Notes: a model not told the origin generated them from the letters alone. DNA of 64,000 nucleotides from Myxococcota bacterium (GCA_023150845.1 JAKLKD010000003.1:6847-70846); one strand, 5' to 3'; numbered from the stretch's first letter, positions 53,463 through 63,280 are shown. Program-made: numbers and translations.

Positions 53463-55562
53463 ATGAAGCCCCTGCTCCCCTGGCTCACCCTCCTCCTCGT
53501 CGCCTGCAAAGGTGAGGCCGAGGCGCCCCCGACGCTCACGATCACGCCCAGCGCGCTCGACTTTGGCACGGCGCCCGTCGGCGGGGAGTCGGCCCTGGAG
53601 CTCGTCTTGGAGAACTCCGGCGGCGGTCAGATCGACGTGCTCTCCGTGCAGCTCACCGACGGGGACCCCGACGTCTTTGATCTCGACCGCGACGGCAGCT
53701 TGGCGCTCGGCGACGGCCTCTCGCTCACGGTCACCGTCACCTTCACCCCGGAGAAGGAGCAGGTCTACCTGGGGCTCGTGCAGGTGCGCTACGACGACGT
53801 GGACGGCGGGGGCAGCGCGACGGTGAGCCTCACCGGCGAAGGCAGCGCGTCCGAGGCTGACAACGACGCCGACGGTTACCGCGTCGTGGACGGCGACTGC
53901 GACGACAACAACGCCACGATCAACCCCGGCGCGGAAGAGATCTGCGACGGCCGCGACAATGACTGCTCCGGCTCCCCGGGCGGCGACGAGACCGACGCCG
54001 ACGGCGACTCCTGGCTCGTGTGTGAGGGGGACTGCGACGACGGCGACAAGAGCGTCTACCCCGACGCCAAGGAGATCTGCGACGACAAGGACTCCGACTG
54101 CGACGGCAATGAGGCCGACCGCGACGACAGCGACGAGGACGGCTGGAGCATCTGCGACGGCGACTGCGACGACGACGACGACCGCGCCCGGCCCGGCGGG
54201 GTGGAGGTCTGCGACGGCGCCGACAACGACTGCGACGGCGGCGAGGACAACATCGACGCCGACAACGACGGCCACAGCGTGTGCAGCGGCGCGGGGGACT
54301 GCGACGACAACGACCGCCGGGCTTACCCCGTCGTGGTGGACGCCAGCGCCTCCGGCGAAGAGGACGGCACCGACAACAAGCCCTACAACACCATCGACGA
54401 GGGCCTCGCGAACCTCGACGCGGTCTGCCGCACGGTCTGGCTCGCCGCGGGCAGCTACGCCGTGGGGCTCACCTTGGACGGCGAGGAGCTCAACGTCGTC
54501 GGCGAAGGGGTCGATGAGGTCACGCTCACCACGTCCGCGGGCAGCCGCCACTTCGACGTGACCGGCGGCGGGGTCTTGGGCCTCACGACGCTCACGCTCA
54601 GCGGGGCGAGCGCGAGCACCGACGGCGGCTCCATCCGCCTCGTGGACAGCCACGCGATCCTCGACGGCGTGCGCCTGACCGGCAACAGCTCCGCGACGGA
54701 CGGCGGCGCGATCTCCGCCACCTCGTCTACGCTCACGCTCTACGCCGTGGAGCTGCTCGACAACACCGCCGCCGACGACGGCGGCGCGGTCTCGGCGCTC
54801 TCCGCGGAGGTGACCGACAGCGGCTCCTTGTTCTCCGGCAACACCGGGGTGCGCGGCGGCGCCTTGGTCGCCGACTCCTCGACGCTGACGCTCTCCGACT
54901 CCGTGTTCACCGAGAACGCCGCGACGGACAAGGGCGGCGCCGTGGCCGTCATCGCCAGCGGCGGCTTCGTGATCGAGCGCGGGGAGTTCACCCTGAACAC
55001 CGCGGTCAACGGCGGCGGCGGGCTCTCGTTCACCAACGTCTCCGCCGCGGGCTCGACCCTGCGGAACTCCGTCGTGCAGGACAACAACGGCGGCGCCGTC
55101 GGCGGCGGCCTCTCCGTCGAGGGCACCGTCGGGCGCTTCACCGTCGAGAACAACACCCTCGTCGCGAACCAGGCGACCGGCCAGGGCGCCGGGCTCTACG
55201 TCGGCGTCGGCGCGGGCGGGGAGCTCACGATCCTCTCGAACCTCATCTTCCGCGCCCAGGGCTCAAGCGGGCTCTACGTGGACAACGCCGCCGCCCACGC
55301 CGTGAGCTACAACACGGTCTACGCGACGAGCGCAGGGGACAGCGCCAACTTCTCCGGCCCCTTCGCGGCGGGGACGAACGAGAATCGCGCCGAGGATCCC
55401 CTCTTCGTGAGCTTCTCCAACGACCGCGACCCCTCCAACGACGACCTCGATCTCAAGAGCAGCTCCCCCGCCAAAGACAGCGGGCCGCCGGACGCGGCCT
55501 ACAATGACGTGGACAAGACGCGGAACGACCGTGGCCACACCGGCGGCCCCAACAGCAAGTAA
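53463..55562 (+). CDS. large lipoprotein: Ig-like domain + about five MopE-like Cys/Asp metal-binding repeats + right-handed beta-helix
   Basis: LLLVAC lipobox at the internal Met; the upstream 239 codons of the tracked ORF overlap the divergent gene. DADGYRVVDGDCDDNNATINPGAEEICDGRDNDCSG-type repeats, then GGAxxxxxSxLTL beta-helix repeats. Confidence 0.75.
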   Translation: MKPLLPWLTLLLVACKGEAEAPPTLTITPSALDFGTAPVGGESALELVLENSGGGQIDVLSVQLTDGDPDVFDLDRDGSLALGDGLSLTVTVTFTPEKEQVYLGLVQVRYDDVDGGGSATVSLTGEGSASEADNDADGYRVVDGDCDDNNATINPGAEEICDGRDNDCSGSPGGDETDADGDSWLVCEGDCDDGDKSVYPDAKEICDDKDSDCDGNEADRDDSDEDGWSICDGDCDDDDDRARPGGVEVCDGADNDCDGGEDNIDADNDGHSVCSGAGDCDDNDRRAYPVVVDASASGEEDGTDNKPYNTIDEGLANLDAVCRTVWLAAGSYAVGLTLDGEELNVVGEGVDEVTLTTSAGSRHFDVTGGGVLGLTTLTLSGASASTDGGSIRLVDSHAILDGVRLTGNSSATDGGAISATSSTLTLYAVELLDNTAADDGGAVSALSAEVTDSGSLFSGNTGVRGGALVADSSTLTLSDSVFTENAATDKGGAVAVIASGGFVIERGEFTLNTAVNGGGGLSFTNVSAAGSTLRNSVVQDNNGGAVGGGLSVEGTVGRFTVENNTLVANQATGQGAGLYVGVGAGGELTILSNLIFRAQGSSGLYVDNAAAHAVSYNTVYATSAGDSANFSGPFAAGTNENRAEDPLFVSFSNDRDPSNDDLDLKSSSPAKDSGPPDAAYNDVDKTRNDRGHTGGPNSK

Positions 55563-55572
55563 GGAGTGACCC

Positions 55573-56997
55573 GTGCCCGCTCTCCTGCTCCTCCTCTCCT
55601 TTGGCCTCAACGACGCGGCGATGGCCGCGAGCGTCACCCTCAAGCCCACCGACGACGTCAAGACCCTCACCTCCTCCTTGGCTCCGGGCGACGTGATCAC
55701 GTTCAGCGCGGGCACCTACGAGATCACCGAGCGCCTAGACTGGTCGGGGTTCGGCACCGCGGACCAGCCCATCGTGCTCAAGGCCGCCGAGGGCGCCGAG
55801 GTGATCCTCGTCAGCTCGGTGAACGACCAGGCCATCCGCATCTACGAGTCCAGCTACCTCACCGTGCAGGGCCTCACCATCGTCGGCGCTGAGGGCTGGG
55901 AGGAGGGCACGATCAGCCCCGGCGGGCTGCGCATCGAGAACTCGACGAACATCACCGTGACCGACATGGGCTTCACCGAGCTGTGGCGCACGGCGATCTA
56001 CTTCTACGGCGACAACTCCGCGATCACGTTCACGAACAACGAGATCGGCGACATCGTGGACGGCTACGGCATCTACGTCGGCTGCGGCGACGCCTCCTGC
56101 TGGACGCAAGACAGCCTCATCGCCGAGAACCTCATCCACGACCTGCGCGACGACGGCGGCTACGGCATCTACCTGGAGCACGGCTGCCAGAACAACGTCG
56201 TGCGCGACAACGTGATGTACAACCTCAGCTACCGCGGCCTCTTGGTCGCCTCCACAGAGTACGGCCCGCCGAACGTCATCGAGGGCAACGCCATGTGGGG
56301 CGTCACCGACCTCGGCATGTACATCGCCGGGACGTCCACGGTGCGGAACAACCTCGTGTTCAACACCGGCAGCTACGGCATCTACACCAAACAGAACAGC
56401 CGGGGCACCCTCGCCGACGCGGTGATCAGCCACAACACCATCTCCAACACCACCCGGGAGGGGGTCTACGTCGAGGGCTGGGCCACGCTCACGGGCATGG
56501 TGCTGGCGAACAACGTCGTCTCGAACCCCGTCGGCGACGCCTTCTACGCCGGGGCGGGCCAGATCGACGAGGGCAACTACATCTCCGGCAACGTGATGAC
56601 CGGCAAGGTGGACGGCCTCGACCCGCTCTTGGGCCACTTCATCCCCGGCCACGGCGACGCGGACTTCGTCGACGCGACGGGCTGGGACTTCTACCCGTCC
56701 AGCACCTCGGTGCTCGTCGGCGCGGCGGACCCGGCGGGGGAGGCCTACGTCCCGGCGACGGACTTTAACGGCGCCGAGCGTGACGGCGCGTCCCCCGACG
56801 CCGGGGCCTACGAGCGCCGGGAGACCACCAACCCCGGCTGGCAGATCCAGGAGGGCTTCAAGGTGCTCGGCGTGCAGAGCGGCGGCGGCGGGGAGGCCGT
56901 GGGCGGCTGCTGCTCCGACAAGCAGAGCAAGGGGGAGCAGGCGGCGTTTGTGGTCCCCCTGCTCGCCTTCGCGCTGCGCCGCCGTCGTAAAAACTGA
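55573..56997 (+). CDS. right-handed beta-helix (NosD/pectate-lyase-fold) protein with a MYXO-CTERM-like tail
   Basis: Signal peptide and repeated NN.I/GI.. beta-helix turns. The C-terminus is GGCCSDKQSKGEQAAFVVPLLAFALRRRRKN. Confidence 0.75.
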   Translation: MPALLLLLSFGLNDAAMAASVTLKPTDDVKTLTSSLAPGDVITFSAGTYEITERLDWSGFGTADQPIVLKAAEGAEVILVSSVNDQAIRIYESSYLTVQGLTIVGAEGWEEGTISPGGLRIENSTNITVTDMGFTELWRTAIYFYGDNSAITFTNNEIGDIVDGYGIYVGCGDASCWTQDSLIAENLIHDLRDDGGYGIYLEHGCQNNVVRDNVMYNLSYRGLLVASTEYGPPNVIEGNAMWGVTDLGMYIAGTSTVRNNLVFNTGSYGIYTKQNSRGTLADAVISHNTISNTTREGVYVEGWATLTGMVLANNVVSNPVGDAFYAGAGQIDEGNYISGNVMTGKVDGLDPLLGHFIPGHGDADFVDATGWDFYPSSTSVLVGAADPAGEAYVPATDFNGAERDGASPDAGAYERRETTNPGWQIQEGFKVLGVQSGGGGEAVGGCCSDKQSKGEQAAFVVPLLAFALRRRRKN

Positions 56998-57093
56998 GGC
57001 GCATGACAAAAAAACACCCTGCGCCGCCGTGAGACGGGCAGGGTGCCCAAGGGAGGCGTGGGCTTGGCCCACGCTCACCCGCTCAGAGACCGC

Positions 57094-58035
57094 TCAGGGG
57101 CAGATCGAGGAGCAGGTCGCCGCGGAGAGCGCCGACTCGCAGGAGTCCACGAGGCTCGACGAGTCGAAGCAGCGGTCGATGCCCGCGCCGGCCGTGCCGA
57201 CCTCGGAGCCGCTGGACGTGCCGCAGACGTCATCGCTGCCGTCCATGCCGTCGAAGGAGTCGGCCAGGAGGCTGTAGCCGCCGCCGCAGAGCACGTCGTT
57301 GCCGATGCCGCCGACCATGTTGTCGGTGTCCTCGTCACCGTTGAGCGTGTCGTGGCCGGAGCCGCCGTTGATGGTGTCGCCGCCGGGGCCGCCGAGGATG
57401 ATGTCGTTGCCACCCTCGCCGATCATCTCGTCGTTGCCCTCGAGACCCCAGAGGGTGTCGCCGCCGGGCCCGCCGAGGATGATGTCGTTGCCCGGGCTGC
57501 CGTAGATGGTGTCGTTGCCCTCTTCGCCCGCGAGGATGACCTTGAGCAAGGCGTTGCTGACGTCGGGGCCGTAGATCTCGTCGTCACCGCCGCCGCCGAA
57601 GATGCGAGCCGAGACGAGGGAGGTGCCGTAGGCGTTGGCGGAGTAGCCGGTGCTGGCGTCATTGAACGACAGCGAGGTGTCGCCCTTGGTGGTGCCCGAG
57701 AGGATGAGCTCGGCGAGGTCCGTCGTGTTGCTCAGGGTGCAGCAGAAGTTGTTGCCGTCACCATCGACGCCGTAGGCGCTGTACTCGCTGTTGGCCGAGT
57801 CCCAGACTAGGTAGCCGGTGCCCGAGGCGTTGCTGGCGTTCTGCGCGAGGTTGCAGTTGAAGGAGGTGCCGATACGCGCGCAGATGTTGGCCGCGCCCCC
57901 CGCCTTGCAGCTCGCCGTCGCGTAGCTCGCCGGACAGGCCGCCTCAGCGCTGCCGATCGAAGAGAGGATGATCACGCCCACAGCAAAGAGCTGTCCCGCC
58001 ACTCCACGAAGCCCAGAAGAACTGTCGTTTGTCAT
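57094..58035 (-). CDS. RTX-type calcium-binding repeat protein
   Basis: A run of GGxGxDxux nonapeptides (GNDTIYGSPGNDIILGGPGGDTLWGLEGNDEMIGEGGNDIILGGPGGDTINGGSGHDTL). The start is set at MTNDSS (cat at 58033-58035). Confidence 0.8.
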   Translation of the reverse strand: MTNDSSSGLRGVAGQLFAVGVIILSSIGSAEAACPASYATASCKAGGAANICARIGTSFNCNLAQNASNASGTGYLVWDSANSEYSAYGVDGDGNNFCCTLSNTTDLAELILSGTTKGDTSLSFNDASTGYSANAYGTSLVSARIFGGGGDDEIYGPDVSNALLKVILAGEEGNDTIYGSPGNDIILGGPGGDTLWGLEGNDEMIGEGGNDIILGGPGGDTINGGSGHDTLNGDEDTDNMVGGIGNDVLCGGGYSLLADSFDGMDGSDDVCGTSSGSEVGTAGAGIDRCFDSSSLVDSCESALSAATCSSICP

Positions 58036-58167
58036 CACACACCTCCGTGATCGCAAACTCGGCAGAAGACTTCCCGTCTTGGGAGAGCGCCCCTGCGTAC
58101 GTGGTCCCGACTCTTTCTCTCCACATTCTTAAAGTACCATAAGCGAATGTAATGTTAAGTCTATTTT

Positions 58168-58182
58168 TTCAATGCCATTGAA
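58168..58182. promoter_or_regulatory. 15-bp perfect palindrome in an AT-rich intergenic region
   Basis: TTCAATG-C-CATTGAA; located 133 nt upstream of the RTX gene start and 93 nt downstream of the response-regulator stop. Confidence 0.3.
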
Positions 58183-58274
58183 AGTTCTTGAACCTGAGCA
58201 CTGGAGCGGCTTTACAGGTGCAATAGTCGTAAAATTTGTTTATTAATGTCACAGTTTCGGCATTCTTAAAATAC

Positions 58275-59690
58275 TCAGATCGAATCGTCATTCTGAGCGA
58301 TTTCTCCCTCCGAAGATGGCTCCCCCCGATCGCTCGCGGCCCACTCCGCCTCCCGTCGATAGAGGGTTCGGGCCGTGATCCCCAAGAGGTTCCCGGCGAG
58401 CACCTTGTCGCCCCCCGCGTGGCGCAACGTCTCTTCGATCATCCGACGCTCCACGACCTTGAGCGGTGTGCCGACGGCGAAGGACAAGGTGGCGCGGCCC
58501 CCGGCGAGGTGGCGAACTGCGCCAGGGAGGTCGTCCACGCTGATCAGCTCGCCTCGGGCGAGGACCACGGCGCGCTCGATGGCGTTCTCCAGCTCACGGA
58601 CGTTCCCTGGCCAGGTGTGCGCCATGAGCGCGTCGAGCGCTTCAGCGGTGAACGCGCGAACCGCCTTGTTGTTCTTCGTAGCGAAGCGCTCCAAGAAGGT
58701 CGCCGCGAGCAGGGGGATGTCCTCGGGGCGCTCCCGCAGGGGCGGCACCCGGAGGCGGATGACGTCGAGGCGGTAGTAGAGGTCCTCCCGGAGCCGCCCG
58801 GAGCGAACGGCGGCCTCGATGTCCCGGTTCGTCGCGGCGATGATGCGGGCGTCGGCCCGGTGGGTGACCGTGCCGCCCACACGCTCGTACTCACCCTCCT
58901 GCAGCACCCGCAGGAGCTTCACCTGGATGAGCGGGGAGACCTCGGTGATCTCGTCCAAGAAGAGGGTGCCGCCCCGGGCGAGGTCAAAGCGGCCCTCTTT
59001 GCGGGCCACGGCCCCGGTAAAGGCCCCGGCCTCGTGGCCAAAGAGCTCGGACTCCAGGAGCGCCTCGGGGATCGCCGCGCAGTTCACGGTGATGAGGCGA
59101 CCGGCGGCGCGGCGGCTGCGCTGGTGGATGAGCCGGGCGACCCGGCTCTTGCCGGTGCCCGACTCCCCGGTGAGCAGCACGCTGGCGTCGGTCGGGGCGA
59201 TCTGCTGCAGCTCCTCCAGCACGGCGCGCATCGCAAACGACGAGCCGATGAGCTCCTCGCCCCGGGCCCCACGCTCCTGGGCCAAGGCGTCGCGCAGGCG
59301 CTGGTTCTCCAGGATGAGCCCCCGCTTCTCGAAGGCCTTCCGTAAGGAGCCGACGAGCTCTTGGCGGCGCAGGGGCTTGGTCACGTAGTCGTAGGCGCCC
59401 TCCTTCATGGCCTCCACCGCCGTCTCCACGGTGCCGAAGGCGGTCATCACGATGACCTCGACGTCCGGCGCCAAAGACTTCACCGCGCGCAGCAGCTCCA
59501 GGCCCGACATGCCCGGCATCTTGAGGTCGGTGAGCACCACATCCACGGGCTCTCGGCGCAGGCGGTCCATCCCGGCGCGGCCGTCCGGGGCGTGCACGAC
59601 CTCCCAGCCCTCACGCTGGATGATGCGCTCTAAGGTGACGCGGTTGGCCTCTTCATCATCGACGACGAGCACTTTGGGCATGATGGACAC
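58275..59690 (-). CDS. sigma54-dependent response regulator (NtrC family)
   Basis: Receiver domain (VLVVDDE..DLKMPGM), AAA+ module with GESGTGKS and GAFTGA, and a C-terminal Fis-type HTH. Confidence 0.92.
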   Translation of the reverse strand: MSIMPKVLVVDDEEANRVTLERIIQREGWEVVHAPDGRAGMDRLRREPVDVVLTDLKMPGMSGLELLRAVKSLAPDVEVIVMTAFGTVETAVEAMKEGAYDYVTKPLRRQELVGSLRKAFEKRGLILENQRLRDALAQERGARGEELIGSSFAMRAVLEELQQIAPTDASVLLTGESGTGKSRVARLIHQRSRRAAGRLITVNCAAIPEALLESELFGHEAGAFTGAVARKEGRFDLARGGTLFLDEITEVSPLIQVKLLRVLQEGEYERVGGTVTHRADARIIAATNRDIEAAVRSGRLREDLYYRLDVIRLRVPPLRERPEDIPLLAATFLERFATKNNKAVRAFTAEALDALMAHTWPGNVRELENAIERAVVLARGELISVDDLPGAVRHLAGGRATLSFAVGTPLKVVERRMIEETLRHAGGDKVLAGNLLGITARTLYRREAEWAASDRGEPSSEGEIAQNDDSI

Positions 59691-59725
59691 TCTGTCAGTT
59701 GAAACGACAGAATGTCAGATCGGTG

Positions 59726-61531
59726 TCACTCTGTCAATCTCGCCGCCGGGAGCTCCAGGACGATGCGGGCCCCGGCGGAGCGCCGCTCGGCGCGCACCAC
59801 GCCGCCGTGGTCCTCTAGGATCTGCCGTGTGATGGCGAGGCCTAGCCCCGTGCCCGAGGCCTTCGTCGAGAAGAAGGGGTCGAAGGCGCGCTCGGCCTCT
59901 TCAGCGGTGAACCCGGAGCCGTCGTCATCGATGGTGAAACGCACCGTGGCCTCGTCGCGCTCGACCCGCACGGTGAGCTGCTTCGCCCCGGCCTCGACGG
60001 CGTTCCGGGCGACGTTGAGCAGGGCGCGGCGGAGCTGGTGGCCGTCGAGGTCCACAGGCGGGCCCTCGGCGGCCTCGACGGTGAGGCTGACCCCGGCGCG
60101 GCGCAGCTCCTCGTCGAGCAGGCTGACCACGGAGCCGACCAGCGCCGCGGGGTCTTCAGGGCTGAGGTTCGGCGCCGGGCGCCGGGCCAAGGTGAGGTAG
60201 TGCTCGGTGACCCGCTCCAGGTGGCGGATCTCGGCGGTGATGGTGCCGAGGATGGCCCGGGCCTCGTCGCGGCGCTCGGCGGGCAGGTCCTCCAGGTCGT
60301 CGCTCAGGAGCTCGGCGTTCAGCGACAGGGCGTTCAGGGGGTTTCGCACCTCGTGGGTGATCTGGGCGAGCATCTGGCCGACCAAGGCGAGGCGCTCGGA
60401 GCGGGCGAGGCGCGCCTGGTGGTGCACACGCTCGGTGACGTCTTCGCCGACGAGGATGCTCCCGCCCCGGAACGGCACCCGCCTCAGATCGACGAGGCGC
60501 CCGGCCAAGGGGGCGGCCTCGACGCCGTCCCCTTCGCCGCTGAGCCGCAAGGACTCGGGGAGGGGATCGCCCTCACGCACACCAAAGAGCAGCTCCGCGG
60601 CGGGGTTGGAGAGGGTGACCCGGCCATCGCTCTCGACGATGAGCGCGAGGCGGATGGAGTCGAGCACCGAGCGCAGCTCCGCCCGGGCGCGCTGCAGGGC
60701 GCCCTCCCGCTCCTCGATGGCCCCGGCCATGATGTTGATCTCCTCAGCGAGCACGCCGAGCTCGTCCTTTCGCTGCAGCTCCACCCGGGCGCCGACGTCC
60801 CCTCCGGCGATGCGCCGCACCTGCTGGGTGAGGCGCCCGATGGGCCGCAGCGCGAGCACGGCCAGCGCCAACATCACGAGCCCGGCGAGGAGCGCGGTGA
60901 GGCCCAGGGCCCCGGCGACGACCAGGGCCTCCCGCTGGGCGACGGCGGTGCGCTCAGACACGCGGCGGATGCGGGTCTCGACGCGGGTGGAGAGCTTCTC
61001 TAGCTCCGAGCGCAGGGCCTGCCGGGACCGCGAGAGCTCCGGGGCCAAGGCGCGCACCCCAGCGGCGTCTTGTTTGTCGGCGAGGTCGAGGGCCTGGGTG
61101 CAGATCGTGAAGTAGGTCTGGTTGAGGCTCGCGAGGCTCTGGAGCTGGCTGTCTAAGGTGGCGAGGTTCGCCCGCTCCTGCTTGAGCCCGACCTTCGGCA
61201 GCACCCGGGCGACGATGGCCTGGCCCTCGACGGTCTGGTCCTCGATCAGCCGGGTGTAGAGGTAGAGGTTCGAGCGCTGGGCGGCGAGGCGCCGGGGCGG
61301 GTCGGTCAGGAGCCGCTCGGGGTCGATGTCCACCCGGACGAGGGCGCCGTCCATACGCGCGACGGTGCGGGAGAGCGGCACATAGCCGAGGTCCAAGGCC
61401 GTGAGGCCCTCGCCGAGGGCGCGGAGCTGCCAGATCCCGTAGCCGATGGCCAAGGTAAAGAAGGTGAAGGCGAGGAGGTAAGCGCCGAGGATTCGCGCCC
61501 GTAAGGAGGCCCGCTGGAGCAGACCTCTCAT
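59726..61531 (-). CDS. sensor histidine kinase (TM-HAMP-PAS-HisKA-HATPase)
   Basis: HAMP (LRPIGRLTQQVRRIAGGD), H-box (ITHEVRNPLNAL), and N/G boxes (NAVEA, DDGSG, GTGLGLAI). Confidence 0.88.
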   Translation of the reverse strand: MRGLLQRASLRARILGAYLLAFTFFTLAIGYGIWQLRALGEGLTALDLGYVPLSRTVARMDGALVRVDIDPERLLTDPPRRLAAQRSNLYLYTRLIEDQTVEGQAIVARVLPKVGLKQERANLATLDSQLQSLASLNQTYFTICTQALDLADKQDAAGVRALAPELSRSRQALRSELEKLSTRVETRIRRVSERTAVAQREALVVAGALGLTALLAGLVMLALAVLALRPIGRLTQQVRRIAGGDVGARVELQRKDELGVLAEEINIMAGAIEEREGALQRARAELRSVLDSIRLALIVESDGRVTLSNPAAELLFGVREGDPLPESLRLSGEGDGVEAAPLAGRLVDLRRVPFRGGSILVGEDVTERVHHQARLARSERLALVGQMLAQITHEVRNPLNALSLNAELLSDDLEDLPAERRDEARAILGTITAEIRHLERVTEHYLTLARRPAPNLSPEDPAALVGSVVSLLDEELRRAGVSLTVEAAEGPPVDLDGHQLRRALLNVARNAVEAGAKQLTVRVERDEATVRFTIDDDGSGFTAEEAERAFDPFFSTKASGTGLGLAITRQILEDHGGVVRAERRSAGARIVLELPAARLTE

Positions 61532-62121
61532 GGGGCCGTCGCCTCGGGGACCGCCGGGGCCTCGGCGCGACCGAAGACCCGCAGCGCGCGGCCCTCGGCG
61601 AGCACGACGACGAGGTGATCCTGGGGGCCCACGTCGAGCTCACCCCGGGACCAGATCACCGAGCGGTTCGCCGAGCGCACCTCCAGGGGGTAACGCCCCG
61701 GCGGGAGGTCCTTCACCAGCAAGGGCGCGTCCGGGGTCACCGTGTGCCAACGATCGCCGAGCTTCACCTCGGCGTTCACCGTGCCGCCGAGGCGCAGCTC
61801 AACCTCGCCGGGGCCCCGCCGGGTCTCGTCAGCGACGACGGCGGGGGCGTCGGTAAAGAACACCCCGACGGCGGAGACGATCAGCAAGGTCGCGCGATCG
61901 TCGTGAAGGGTGATGGTGGACTCGGCGATCTTGCCGTCGCCGTGGTCCACCCGCACGCGGGCCTCCCCGGCGGGCAGGCCCCGGAGCGTGAGCTCCCCGG
62001 CCCCGTAGAGCTTGGCCGCGGGGGCGCCGTTGAGGCTGAGCTGAAAGGGGATCTCCCCCTCCACCCGGAGGTCGGCGGCGCTGGCGGTGAGCGAGGCGCA
62101 GAGGGCGATGAGCGAGAGCAT
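61528..62121 (-). CDS. hypothetical secreted protein, translationally coupled to the histidine kinase
   Basis: Signal peptide MLSLIALCASLTASAADL at the internal Met (cat at 62119-62121); the upstream 125 codons of the tracked ORF are Arg/Ser/Pro-rich. Overlaps the kinase start by 4 nt. Confidence 0.5.
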   Translation of the reverse strand: MLSLIALCASLTASAADLRVEGEIPFQLSLNGAPAAKLYGAGELTLRGLPAGEARVRVDHGDGKIAESTITLHDDRATLLIVSAVGVFFTDAPAVVADETRRGPGEVELRLGGTVNAEVKLGDRWHTVTPDAPLLVKDLPPGRYPLEVRSANRSVIWSRGELDVGPQDHLVVVLAEGRALRVFGRAEAPAVPEATAP

Positions 62122-62248
62122 GAGGCGAGCATATCGCGAGGAAGGGCGCCGCACGCGGGAGAGGCGTTGAAGGTGCGTCAAGGCTGTGCTATGGGGTGCC
62201 CCCTGCGTCGAGGCTGAGCGTTCTCGGCGCCTACTCCCTGGAGATTCT

Positions 62249-63280
62249 ATGCGTCTTGTCACTCCTGTCCTGATGGTTCTGGCGCTCGCGGTCGGCTGCG
62301 GTAGTGATGGTGGCGGCGCGACCGGCCCCGCGACCGAGGGCGCGGCGCCGCAAGAGTCCATCGGCGAGGTCCTCGCGACGATCAACGGCACGCCCATCGG
62401 CTCCGAGGCGTTCCAGCAGGAGGCCTCTCGCAAGGCCCCGGCGAACAACGAGTCCCTGAGCCCCGCCGAGCGCGATGAGATCATGCAGAAGCTCATCGCC
62501 GATGAGCTGCTCTACCAGGAGTCCCTGCGCCGCGGCCTCGACAAGGACCCCAAGGTCAAGAAGGTGATGGTCAACACCCTCCTCCGCGACCAGGTCTACA
62601 CGAACGTCCGCAACACGGACTTCTCGGACGAGGAGCTCAAGAAGTACTACGACTCCCACAAGGACGAGTTCATCGTCCCCGAGAAGGTGCAGATCAAGCG
62701 CATCCTCATCCGGGTGACCGACGACCGCCCCGACGACAAGGCCAAGGCCGAGGCCGAGCGTATCCACGCCGAGCTGGTGAAGGATCCCGCGAAGTTTAAG
62801 GAGCTGGCCGCCCAGTTCTCCGAGGATCCCTACAAGCGCCGCGGCGGCGACGTCGGCTTCGTGGCCGCCGATGGCAAGCCCGGCCTCGACAAGGCCGTCG
62901 TGGACAAGGCCTTCACCCTCCAGGCCAACCAGCTCTCCGAGGTCTTCAAGACCGACGACGGCTACAACATCGTGCTCGTCGCCCAGCGCCGTGAGCGGGT
63001 GGAGCGCACCTTCGACCAGATGAAGGGCGCCGTCCTCCGCAAGGTCAAGAACGACCGCCTCAAGGACCTCTACGACCAGTACGTCAACGGCCTCAAGGCC
63101 GGCGCCAAGATCGAGGTGAACACCGAGAAGGTGAACGCGCTCGAGATCAAGGCCGCCCGCAAGGCGCCGAGCCTCGACGCTGGCCTCGCCGTGCCCTCGG
63201 GCATGGAGGGCGCTGAGGGGGAGATGATGGACGAGGGTGAGCCCGCCGTCGCCCCCGCCCCTGGCGAAGAGCCCCACTGA
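62249..63280 (+). CDS. parvulin-type peptidyl-prolyl isomerase lipoprotein (PrsA/SurA-like)
   Basis: LALAVGC lipobox at the ATG at 62249; a SurA-N-like region, then a PpiC domain (..FSEDPYKRRGGDVGFV..). Confidence 0.8.
   Translation: MRLVTPVLMVLALAVGCGSDGGGATGPATEGAAPQESIGEVLATINGTPIGSEAFQQEASRKAPANNESLSPAERDEIMQKLIADELLYQESLRRGLDKDPKVKKVMVNTLLRDQVYTNVRNTDFSDEELKKYYDSHKDEFIVPEKVQIKRILIRVTDDRPDDKAKAEAERIHAELVKDPAKFKELAAQFSEDPYKRRGGDVGFVAADGKPGLDKAVVDKAFTLQANQLSEVFKTDDGYNIVLVAQRRERVERTFDQMKGAVLRKVKNDRLKDLYDQYVNGLKAGAKIEVNTEKVNALEIKAARKAPSLDAGLAVPSGMEGAEGEMMDEGEPAVAPAPGEEPH

Noticed and set aside
58036-58274. Expected a sigma54 promoter upstream of the RTX gene, because a sigma54 activator is adjacent.
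   Set aside because: Reading both strands, I found no TGGCAC-N5-TTGC element with correct spacing. Near-matches such as TGGTACTTTAAGAATG lack the -12 GC.
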